Shown here: one piece after another, positions 30,401 to 41,700 of the stretch
Numbering within the stretch: position 1 is the stretch's first letter
Layout: each line of letters begins with the position of its first letter
Source of the DNA: Promethearchaeota archaeon
GTDB taxonomy: Archaea; Asgardarchaeota; Lokiarchaeia; Sigyniarchaeales; SOKP01
Assembly: GCA_016926735.1 (NCBI GenBank)
Contig: JAFGOA010000066.1
Coordinates: forward strand, 36,675 to 100,674
Direction: 5' to 3'
DNA length: 64,000 bases
Made by a program: the position numbers and the translations under genes
Notes under the pieces: generated by a model
Database searches by the model: none
What the model saw: only the letters and a program-made list of their open reading frames with translations
What the model was told of the DNA's origin: nothing

Positions 30401-31096
30401 TGGTTTCTTATAGCTCCATTTTGGACAGATTTAGATCCTACAGAATCTGGAGCTGGTCCTATTACATTTGATTATACTAGTGATTATTTAGCTATCACAT
30501 GGAATAATATATATACATGGGGATCCTATTCAGGATCACTTATAGGTACTTTTCAAGTGGTTCTTTATCGCTATGGAGATATTATTTTCAATTATGATTA
30601 TATACAAAATACACATATTAGTCATAGTTGTGGTCTAAATTTTGGAGTAGATACTCGTTTTTTCAATGATTATAATAATCATGTATCAAGAAATGACTTC
30701 TCTATTAGATTTACAAATGATACAATGCCGCCAACTTGGTTATCACAACCAGGCGAAATAACAGCATATTATGGACAAGATTTCATATACCATTTGTTAG
30801 CATTAGATTCAGGAGGAATTAGAAATTATTGGATTAGTGATTTAGAGAACTTTGATATTGATGAGAATGGGAGACTTACTAATTATACCTTTTTACCATT
30901 AGATGCTTCTTACCCTTTAGAAATTAGAGCATATGATTATAGCGATCATTACAGTTCTTTATATATTACAATTAATATTAGGGAAGCTCCTTCCAATGCT
31001 AGTATTCCAGGATACCAAATTGCATTTTTAATAGCAATAATCGGATTTTCAATCATTTTAATAAGTATTTACAAACGTAAAAAAATAAAAATTTGA
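27479..31096 (+). CDS. Membrane-anchored subtilisin-family (S8) serine protease with PPC-, CARDB- and NIDO-like domains and Loki-CTERM-like tail
   Basis: ILDSG, NGHGSH, AAGN, GTSMATP; DFDLYIY; VSSNGYLSF..IAPFWTDL; C-terminal IPGY-TM-KRKK. Confidence 0.88.
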   Translation: MNWIYNLFMAKFNLTIKKKIFFFIILNLIFIVPNLPNAIDNINDKSVNFIDPNIDSSNLNNRSEQEITWSDDYSKLDKNKNGISDDLENKINENPQIQSSKKQITALDLTKLLTTNKNTENQIDKDNISIIVKFSKAEFNDPLSLFRKLGGKIKSVYSKIIYGFAGSIDYNKLIEFARLLKLENFEFYIEEDGKGESTLYYTGLNMNLRPYVWNTLGYNGDENGAIAILDSGLDDSHSMLEGYSSGNFNNKIVGWHDFVGSSSTPYDDNGHGSHCGGIAAGDGSPNLDTYGRTVSSDGIALEGGGPYAEQTVQTTLLRFNVTEPGTIDVELQHEDSTIFDDLYTNAYLYYESTQVDSIIATTNKTWLSNMSYDVTVLELGNYEVVIELTLVDDDYSGAVEDPNFGFRARAHWPFNPPDLGEGDLWKGVASDTHLVGGKVANYYGGVYQSDVVDALTWCVNNKNILHITTISISLGWITPQTSIIDACNWAVENGIVVVVAAGNEGTGGYGLTSPGDADKVITVAANNVYDQITEYSGEGELSYTGATYKPDITAPGGSTYALQIFSTDSDDNDAEGIFSDWYEDDLAGMQGTSMATPAVAGASNLLIEAMGGYNNWNYTEQEALKVKSLLLMTATETAPLLRENSLIGDSPTLNRGNKDIHEGYGRINIDMAIEAYTQSLDFKTEKNFTIASSDINPFNKHGFACNAYLLSGVNYTLELNVPSGCDFDLYIYDDNPTAIGDPIIEQKSISSTIGGNESISFIPSETGLYYIVVKAVSGQGEAYLSFKQYAHDIAVSISAPSTALLADKFEIILAIENIGTSDETDVSFVAFVNNEILDSRTFSSFSSGQIYQISFRWSPSESDQYNLTTISNNVTGEINLGNNIKIHLVNISSSAINNYEMQVDYPYSWIDTSGGTELNLGDDDADTVLLPFLFPFYNMTFTEVYVSSNGYLSFFDSYPINQYEDDFPSGDLDNWFLIAPFWTDLDPTESGAGPITFDYTSDYLAITWNNIYTWGSYSGSLIGTFQVVLYRYGDIIFNYDYIQNTHISHSCGLNFGVDTRFFNDYNNHVSRNDFSIRFTNDTMPPTWLSQPGEITAYYGQDFIYHLLALDSGGIRNYWISDLENFDIDENGRLTNYTFLPLDASYPLEIRAYDYSDHYSSLYITINIREAPSNASIPGYQIAFLIAIIGFSIILISIYKRKKIKI

Positions 31097-31158
31097 TTTT
31101 AATCATTTTTTTCCTTTAATTTTTTTTTTGATAATTCCTTAAATAAAACATAATAATC

Positions 31159-32502
31159 GTGACAGAACATCAATCTCAAAATTCAATTAAAATCATTCTA
31201 AAGTTAATCTATAAATTTTCTATACGAGAAAGAGGAATACTTAAAAAAGAGTATCATAAAAACCAAATTATTTATCATTACTTTTATGAAATTGTTAGAT
31301 ATTGGAATACAATTAATTATATAGTAAAAAAAAATTTAAGATTTATAAAAAAAGTTCAAAAAATAAAAGAAGAAATAGTGCCTATTTATTTTTATATCTC
31401 ATACAGAATTATTTGGGAACATGCTCCAGTACACATTATTCTTAAAGAAATAGATTTTTTTTTTAAAAATAAAGAAATACAAGAGAAAGATAAAATAAAA
31501 GATTTCATAAAAGCCTTGAAAACGTTTTCATTACTAAAAGCCTTAAAGAATAAAAAAAAAAAAGATGAAATTTTAAGCATTGAATATGGAGTTCCTTCTT
31601 TTTTTATAAAAATACTTTCAAGATACATGGATATGGAATTTATCAAAAAAAATATTATCTTTATGAATGATATTAAAAATCAAAAGTATTCAATTTGGTT
31701 TAATCTTAACAAAATAAAAAAAGAAGAAAAATATAATCATCAAATTATTATTAATGATTTGAAAAAGAAAGGAATTGAAATATTAGAAGATAAAGATATT
31801 AATTACCTTTATCATGTAAATAATCGTAATGAAATAATCGATTCTGAATATTTTAAAAAAGGATATGTTTTCTTTCAAAATAAGGCATCTTTTGCAGTTA
31901 TTGAGATACTAAATCCGAGTATTAATGATTTTATATTTGATATGTGTGCTGGTTCAGGAATAAAAACTAGTTTAATAACAGAAAAGTTGAATAATAAATA
32001 CAATTTAATAGCTGCGGAATTTGATAATAATAGAACAATTGAATTTAAAAAAATAATTATTAATTTTGATAAGAAAAGATTTAATATAATAAATTCAGAT
32101 AGTATTGATCCTCCTTTCCGAGATAATATTCAATTTGATAAAATATTATTAGATGCTCCCTGTTCAGGAAGTGGTACTTTTAAGGCAAATCCAGAATTAA
32201 AATGGCGTCAAAATATAGGATTTCTTAATCAGAATATAACTCTTCAAGAAAAACTTATTAAAAGTGCTCTAGAGATATTAAAACCAGGAGGTATATTTGT
32301 TTATTCAACATGTAGTCTTTATGCTGAGGAAGGAGAATTACAAATTAAAAAGTTTTTAAAATACTTAGACCCATTAGATTTACCTAAATGGATCTCACCG
32401 AGTTATACGATCGATAATATGAGAATTAATGGAACTGGAAGATTATATCCTGCAAATCATAAAACTGAAGGATTTTTTATTGCAAAATTTAAAAAAAAAT
32501 AA
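31159..32502 (+). CDS. RsmB/NOP2-family RNA m5C methyltransferase
   Basis: DMCAGSGIKT, FDKILLDAPCSGSG, VYSTCSL, EGFFIA. Confidence 0.88.
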   Translation: MTEHQSQNSIKIILKLIYKFSIRERGILKKEYHKNQIIYHYFYEIVRYWNTINYIVKKNLRFIKKVQKIKEEIVPIYFYISYRIIWEHAPVHIILKEIDFFFKNKEIQEKDKIKDFIKALKTFSLLKALKNKKKKDEILSIEYGVPSFFIKILSRYMDMEFIKKNIIFMNDIKNQKYSIWFNLNKIKKEEKYNHQIIINDLKKKGIEILEDKDINYLYHVNNRNEIIDSEYFKKGYVFFQNKASFAVIEILNPSINDFIFDMCAGSGIKTSLITEKLNNKYNLIAAEFDNNRTIEFKKIIINFDKKRFNIINSDSIDPPFRDNIQFDKILLDAPCSGSGTFKANPELKWRQNIGFLNQNITLQEKLIKSALEILKPGGIFVYSTCSLYAEEGELQIKKFLKYLDPLDLPKWISPSYTIDNMRINGTGRLYPANHKTEGFFIAKFKKK

Positions 32503-32736
32503 TTCTTCCTTAGAGACACATATTGATTTTTTAATAAATTTTTATTTTTTTTCCAAATTAAAGAAATTTTATAATTTTCTGTACAAAAGTAAAATGATTT
32601 TACAACAAAATTCTTTATGAGTTATCTTTTTACATATCTTTTTTATCATGGGAACAATAGGATTTAAATACAAAGCAGTAGAGATCTATACACTTATTAT
32701 AATTTAATTAAAAATCTAACAAAAAAGGAATTTAAT

Positions 32737-35700
32737 TTGTTTAAATACAAAAATAAATTTAAAATAAAAAAAAATTTTCAAATTGGTTTTACGCTGCTTT
32801 TCATAGTACTAATGGCAGAATATGCAAATGCTGCTAATACAACATTAAACCCTACAATTGAAAAATTTTATACTGAGGATAACATAGCAGATGTAGGAGA
32901 ATTAATAGAATTTACATGGGAAATATCTGATTATTCAGATAGTTTATCAATTCGTATTCTTTTTGGAGATGGTAATTATACATTATTAACAGCTCCAGGT
33001 TGGAGTAGTTCATATAGTTATCGATATAGCACAGAAGGAAGATATAATGCAACAATGATAATAATGGCACCTGATCTATATATTTGGAAGTCAGTAACTG
33101 ATCCAAATGGAAATGATCTTCTCATAGAAATTATAAATGTTGCACCTGAATTTGAATCAAATGATATTTCATTTAGCTGGGAATCTGAAAATGGGCCATA
33201 TGAAGATGAGGAAATTCAAGTTTCTGTTGATCTCTCAGATTCCATTGTAGATTTGGAGGAAGGTAAAATTACATATATCTATGATTTTGGAGATGGAGAG
33301 CAAATAATATCAAATCAAAGTTCAACATTACATATATGGAATACAACTGGTAATTATCCAATTTCTATTACGGCTAAAGATGACCAAGGAGCATTAACTC
33401 AGCGAACTCGATTTTTAAAAATTAAAAATAAAGATCCTGAACCAAAATTTACTCTAGGAGCAGGAATTCCAGCAACTTATTCATTTACAGAAGATATCAT
33501 CGGGGATATTCCATTTGGATGGAATCTATCAGATACAGAATATAGTAAATATGCATTTGAGATTATTGAGGAGAAAAACTCTCATGGAAAAGTCTTAAGC
33601 GTTATGAGTAATGAAACAATTTCGACTTCTAAGAACTATATTTATAATGATATTGGATTTCAAAATTATGGGACTGTAGAATTTCAATTTATTATAGAAA
33701 ATAGCCAATCAATAGTATCAAGTTATTTTGGATTTTCTAATGACGATAAGGAAATATTTGCAATTTTTGTTGAAAATGGAAATTGGAGATATTGTACTGA
33801 TGGAAATAGAGATAATACAGCTCTCCTAGGTACCTTACCTGCACCAAAAGATAATATATGGTATCATGTAAGAGTTGATTTTCACATTATTTCCTCTCAA
33901 ATACCATCTGATAGTAGTTGTTATGGTTTAGCAGTTAATGAGTTCAGAGTTAGTATCGATGGAAGTATTTTTGCCAAAAAAAGGTTCGATCCTGTAGATA
34001 ATCCTCTCTCATCTGTAAGAATAGGTACTTTTGAAGGATTATCAAAAAAAACATATATAGATTCAATAGGATATAGTTGGGATAAGAACTATAATATTGG
34101 TGATAACTTCAATGTATATACCCCAGAATACTATGGAACTTATGATTGGAGAGAAGGTTCAATCGGATCAAGTCCAAATGGATGGGAAGTATATAATGAC
34201 GACATTCCTTCCAAATTCGAGAATAATCCTTTTTATACTGAAAACTTTATTGATGAAAATGATAGATGGAGATTAACTGGAATAGAAGAGACATCAATGC
34301 ATATTAGAACTAGTGTATCTGATGATGCTTATGTAAATAATTTGGCTAAAAATACTAATTATGGAACTCAAGCAACTCTAAATTTGGATACTAAAACATC
34401 TACACATACTATGACTGTTTGTTATAGATATATATCTAATGCTGATCATCCTGCAATATTAGACATAGAAATCCCAAATCTTCCAATTATTTCAGCTACA
34501 ATGGATCTTAGAGCTTATTGTGATGCTCAAGATCAATCAGGCGTAACAATAAGAGCAATCTATTTTGATATAGATGGTAGAGGAGCTGGTGCAATTGGTT
34601 GTTGGACAAGGGAAGCTGGTCAAGTGAGAGGAGATGGAGTAATAGGAGTAGGAGCAGAAAAATCCTGGACTTATGATATGACTCATTGTAGATTTCCTGT
34701 AGCAGTTAGTGAACTACCTTCAATCCCAAACACAGATCCTGAAACAGGGAGTAGATATGTTAATTTTATACCACAATCTTCAAGTGATACTAGTGGATTT
34801 TTTAGTCCTGGAGCTCATACAATTAAAGCATTCGTGACTTCTAGAGATCAATATGCAGGATCTAGTCAAGATTCTTGGGTGAGCATTACGCTTAATTTAG
34901 TATATAATGATGAGAATACCCAAGTATATATAAAAAACAATATACCCTACTTATCTTCAAATATAACAGATAATTCAAAGTTGGATATTTATGTCTCTCA
35001 AGGGACATCAAATAGTAAAGTAAAATTATATTCAACTAGCGATTTTTCAGAAAACACTATTACATGGAATAATAGACCATCGAGAAGTTATATATCAACA
35101 TACACTATTTCAGGAACAGGTTGGCATACATTTAACTTAGGAAAAAGTCAAAATAATTTCTATTATAGCTTAAGTCAAGAGATTAACAAAGGGTCTAGTA
35201 ATATAAGATTTTATTCTTCAGAATATAGTGATAGTTCGAAAAGACCAGTTGTTCACCATTATTTATCTAAATATTATCAAGGAGATGGAACATTATATTG
35301 TCAGACAGATCAAAGTGAAATACTTACGCTTACATCTCCAAATAATCTGAATAGATTCTTAAGAAAAGGAGATAAAATAGAAATATCTTTTAAAACAACA
35401 TCAGCTAAAGCAATTCAATTCAATTTAATCGATACAGTTGGATTAGAAAATTCTTTTGAAATTTCAAGTGAAGGGAATTCAAATTTTAATATAAGAACTA
35501 TTTCTTTAGTAGTTCAAGATAATATTTATATTGATTATATGGAGTTTGCTGGATTATTTAATTCAGAAACTTATTTACTTATTAATTCAATTAAATTTTT
35601 TGAAGGAATTAGATCTGATATTTCCTATATTGATATTGGAAATGACTTTGGAAAAGTAATACAACTTAGAGACAGAAGTACTCAAAATCAATTAAGGATG

Positions 35701-38700
35701 GATAATATTTTTAATTCTCAAAATGAAGGAACTATCGAATTTTGGATGCACACAAATAATATTTTAAATGAAATTTGGTCAATATCTGTCTATACGGGAA
35801 CAACCATGATTTTTAAGCTATCTACCAAAAATAATCAATGGGTATATTCTTCGAATGGCGGGGAATATATTCCAATTAGTGATTTTGGTATAGCAGAAGA
35901 AAATCAATGGTATCATCTTAAAATTGATTTTAATAACAATACGAGTCAATTCAATTTAACTTTGGATGACATCTATATGACTTCGATTGAGGGAATCATT
36001 TTTAAAGAATTTAATAAAATTAGATTTGGAACGGTACAAGCAAATGAGGGAACAACATATATTGATGCTATAGGATATAGTTGGGATGATAATTATAATA
36101 TCGGAGATAATAATATTTCATTAGTATTATATCCTGAAAAAACGAAAATCCAATTCTCTGCGGCAGATTCGATAGATACAATTAGCGATTATGATACATT
36201 AAAATATTACTGGGATTTTGGTGATGGTACTTCTGGTTATGGAAAAAATGTTATACATGATTATTTAACATCTGGAAATTATATAATAACACTTGTATGT
36301 AAAGATGATAATGGTGCAACTAGTTCATTTTCTCAAATAATAAAAGTGTATAATACATATCCAGAAATCTCTTTTGTAGACAATTTAGAAACAATAGCAA
36401 TAAATGAAGGAGATACAGTATTCTTTAATGCTGAAAGTTGGGATGAAATTACTGACTATGCAAGTCTCAATTATTATTGGGCATTTGAATCAATAAATAA
36501 TAATATTTTTGATTTTGAAGATAGTATTGAGGGAGGATGGCGTCAATCTCATATGTATCAGGATGATTATTATGGTGATGTTGGTGTTTTAGTAGAGGAT
36601 ACAGAAGGAGATTATAATTATGATTTCAGCAGAATTCTTGTTAGAAATGTTGATCCTCTCATAAGTATTTATGACGCAATTATGATTGCAAATATTTCAT
36701 TTGAAGTTGTTAGAAGTAATCCAACTATAGATGCAAATATAACATTTGAATTACTTGCAGATAGCTTATTTGCATTTAGTAAATACCTAGATTTTCATGG
36801 ATTAGATGATCTAAGTGTTGTAAGTGATAAAGAGTTAGCTATTATGTCCTTATCAAAGGATTGGAAAGTGAATGTTTACTCTACAGAAATTTTACCTGCT
36901 TATTCTTGGTTCAGATATAATATATATATTGAATATCTAGACGGAACTAATACTACAATCACCTCTGGTAAAATATATGGTAATAGTAATGGAGAATGGT
37001 CATTGAACCTTAATCCATATTGGGTTAATTCTATTGATAATACTTTTAGTCATCCTATCACTTTTAATGCAGAAATATTTGATCCCAGTGTTGATGATAT
37101 TTTTGTAAACATTAAATATGATGTTGATATGCTTGTAGAAATCAGTTGCTCTGATAATATTCCATTAGATGGAACTTTTATTATTAATCAGGAGTTAGGA
37201 GATGTAACATATATCATAGAAGTCTATCAAGTTGATGGTGGAACATATGCGAAAATTCATGCTACACAAAATATATACGAGAAATCTTTTTATGATAATG
37301 AATTTCCAACTCAATTGGAATTTGAGTTTAATATTTTTCCAATTATTAACCTTGAAATTCTTTTAAATGAACAATTAGGATTAGAAAATCTTGAAATTTT
37401 AGATTTTCTTAACACATTAAATACTGTAACTGGGAATGTCGTTGATGATGATGGGGGTTCAAATAACCATATAATCACATTTCCATCCATTTTCGATTTT
37501 AGTAACTTATCACCTTCAATGGATATAGCAATACCAAATAATAATACGATCAATGAAGAAGTTAGTTTTTTAGTAGTCATAGAAGATTTTAATCAAATAG
37601 ATTCTGAAATTAATTTTGACTATCAAGAAGTTGTTGAAGATGATGTTCCAAATGTACCTAATGATTTTGAAATTATTAATGGTACTATCTCTGATTCCAA
37701 TGGTGAATTAGAATTTAATGATGATAATTATATTACTATTGACTCAGAATTTCATATAATTGAAAATCAAGTGTTTTATGATGATTTCAATGATACAATG
37801 AGAGACTTAAATTGGATTGATGAAACAAACTTCGATCGAATTAAAGAAGATGATGGTGTACTAAAATTGAAAGCATCTAGCTTTAGTTTATGGCAAAATT
37901 TTTCAAGATGGTTCTTATCATGGGCCCCATATAGTAAAATTTCACTTTCAAAATTCAATACAGAATGGTGGGAAATACAAGTTGATATCAGTAAACAATG
38001 TTATAGCAAGATAGGTAATCATCATTATGGTCTTATGCTTTTTCAAGATGAAGAAAATGTATGGTTATTCGGAGCTACAAATGATGGAAAAATAAAAATA
38101 ACAAAGATAATTGATAGAGAAGCTATTGATGTTGTAAATCTACAATCAAATGATACAACCTTAAGGATAAGTAAAGTTGAAGGAAAGTACTATTTTGAGT
38201 CAAGTATAGATAAAGAAAATTGGAATATACTATTTAGCATTAATTCTTTAGAGATAAATGCTACAGACACAGGTATATTCCATAGAGTGACTTTTCCATA
38301 TGATATTGACTGTTGTTGTTATCATCATCATTATCGAAATAAATGGTGTGATTATAAACATTGCTGTAAATCATGGAAAAATGGGAATAGTAAACATTAT
38401 TGTAAATCATGGAAAGCTTGGGATAATAAATACTGTTGCAAATCATGGAAAAGTTGGAATTATAAACATTACTGTAAATCATTTAAACATTATTGGCATA
38501 AAAATTGTCATTGCTGTTCTTATAGAGATTGGGTCTTTTTCGATAATTTCTCTATGATAGAAAAATATTCGACTGATCATCTCTTAAATTTCACAACAAC
38601 ATTGGATCTTGATACAATTGGAAATGAACAAATATTAGAACATCTATATTTAATCGCAGACTATAAAACAACTTTAAATCAATTAATTGATATAAGTATT

Positions 38701-41700
38701 TATAATTTTCAAAAAAATATATGGGAAATAATTGATTCTAGCTATATTAATACAGATTATCATCATCTTAATTATACAATACAAAGTTTAGGATATTTAG
38801 ATCTTAATAATCAAATTCATGTCAGATTTGAAGCAAGAAGTAGTGATAATGAATTTCAATTATTATTGGATAAACTTCAATTAGAATATAGCAGTTCAAT
38901 GATATCTAATTATCAGTCAGAACAAATACCATTTATAGGAGTAGATGTTGCCAATATTGATGATAATGACATCTCCATAATTGCGAATAAAGGAAGTTTA
39001 GAACACGAAGGAGATTTAAGCCTTCAAGATAATAATTATGCTACTTATTCTTCTTCGGGCGATATTGCTAACTTAGCATTTATCACAGCATTTGCCTTAG
39101 ATCAAGCACAAATCGACGATGGATTTACCTCTATTACATTATCTTATAGTTTCAGAACAAATATTTATCAATTAGTAAATGTTACTGTCTATAATTATAC
39201 TTCTCAAGAATGGATACTGATCAATAGACTAAATCAAAATGAATTTAATGAATTAATATTTGAATTTGATACATCTCAAACAGAATTTTTTAATTTAAAT
39301 GAGATTTATGTGAAATTCGAAGCAATAAACAATACTAATTCATTTACATTTGATTTAGATCTTTTAAGAATTGATTATTCATATTTCCCACATCATCTAA
39401 TTAGTGATAATATAAGAAATTCTGAATTTAATTTACCAAAAGAAAATAGAGATTATGCAGTCTATAATTCTCAAGATAATGATTTAGAATTTAATATCCT
39501 TATGTCAGATATGAATTCTTTGAGAAAATTCAATCTTGGAGTATTATATTATTCCATTCAATCAAGTATTAGTCAAGAGATGAATCTATATTTATATAAT
39601 TTCTCGGGTAAAACTTGGAATATGGTTGACACATTTATAGCATATAATTCTAATTTCATATCAAATGAATATCTTATAAATACATCCGATTATCTAAGTC
39701 CTAATAATTACATTAGAGTTAAATTCGAAGGAACTATTCAAAATGAATATAATCTATTTATAGAGGAACTTGGAATTATCTATAAATGGTCAGATGTATG
39801 GGGACAATATGGAAGTAAATCGAACAGAGATGATTTTAATTCACTTGGATATATTTCTAATGAATATAGTTTTATTTATTGGGGTAATACCAATTTCTAT
39901 ATGAATGGAGAATATCTCATAATAATAACTGCTGATGATGGATATAATATTATACGTAAAGGCGGAGTTATTAATATAATTAATATGCCACCTTATGCAG
40001 AGATTGGACCTATTGAAACAGGTATTAAAGAAAATGAAGAAATTCAATTAACATCTGAATTATTCTTCTATGGTAAATATGCTGAAGAAACAAGATTTGA
40101 ATGGTCTTTTGGTGATGGACTTTATGCTTATGAACAAAATCCAACTCATTATTGGAGTACTGCTGGTACTTACACGATACAATTAACGATTAAAGATTGT
40201 TTTGGTAATATCTATACCGATAATGCAACTATTACTATTGAAGAACACCCTCCAGAAATACTTGGACCTTATACATTTTATGGAAAACAAGGTCAAGCAA
40301 TTGTCTTGGATGTTGAAATATACGACTCTTTTTATGATGAAATGAATTTACAATATGAGTGGTACAGTGTCCCAAGTAATGAAATAAATATTGGAACACT
40401 CTTTTCAACAGATAAAAAGCCAGTTGTATTTTTAGATTGGGGTAATTATACATATTCACTAAAAGTTATAGATCAATCTGGATATTATGCAATTACAAAT
40501 ATAACAATTGAAGTTGATGATATTCCTCCAGTTGTTAGCATTGGATCATATATGTATCATGGTGGAAAGGGAAATTCAATTAGTATTAAAGCATATGTAT
40601 ATGATTCCTATTTAGAAAATGAATTCAAATTTACTTGGACAATTCAAAATGATTTAGAACAACTTAATCAGAGTAATATTATTTTCTATGATAAAATTGG
40701 ACAGATAGCTTTCACATGTAAAGATACTATCGTTTACGATGGAGAAATAAAAATAACAGATAGTTTTGGATTATTTATGATTCAGGATTTTTATATAAAC
40801 TCCTTTATAGATACTAATGGAAATGGTTTTTCAGATGAAATTGAAGAACAATTAGCAGAGACAGGTCATACTATTTGGGATGCTGAAGATACTGACAATG
40901 ATGGATATAGCGATATAATTGAAGAATATATCACTTTTACATTACCAAATAATCCTGATTGTGATGGTGATGGATTATCAGATGGAACTAATAGCACTAC
41001 AGGATTTGGAGAACTAACTTTTGGAACAGATCCATGGAATCCCGATAGTGATGGAGATTTACTTGAAGATGGTTTTGAAGTTTTTGGATGGAATATTACT
41101 GTTAATTCTCTTGATGTATTTGTTTCTTCTAATCCTGTATTAAAAGATACTGACAATGATGGAATTGGGGATTATGATGAATATATAATGAAATTAGATC
41201 CGAGAAGCTCTGATACAGATGGTGATGGGATTGATGATTTGGCAGATCCATATCCTATTACTTATGATTATGATGAGGATGGACTTAGTGATTATGAGGA
41301 ATTACAGATTGGAACTCAATTAAATAACACAGATACAGATGGAGATACTCTTACCGATGGTGAAGAAGTATTAGGTTGGTATTTTAAAACCAATCCTTTA
41401 TCACAGGATAGTGATCATGATTTTCTATCAGATAATAATGAAATAAATTGTTATACAACTAATTCAAAATATTATCGTAATCAAACCTATATAGGTTCAG
41501 AAAGAGTAAAATTAGAGCAATCAATCTATTTGCCTTTTAAGGAAAAGATAGAAAAAGCATTATATGCTAAGATTTCATTTACAATAGCTTTTGGAGAATA
41601 TGGAAATTCTGGAAATCTCGAATATGGAACAGAAAATATTCCAAATATCAGGATTCAAATTACGAAAAACAATATAATCTTATATGATAGGTATTCAAAT

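Noticed and set aside
34396-34905. Insert in the giant protein considered as an intein or DGR variable region
   Set aside because: No intein terminal motifs (C/S...HN-C/S/T), and no template repeat or reverse transcriptase in the window.
38300-38557. 36-nt repeats read as a CRISPR array, and overlapping alternate-frame ORFs (38261-38482, 38300-38557)
   Set aside because: Units are contiguous, degenerate and in frame within the giant CDS, with no spacers or cas genes. The alternate ORFs are by-products of the repeat.
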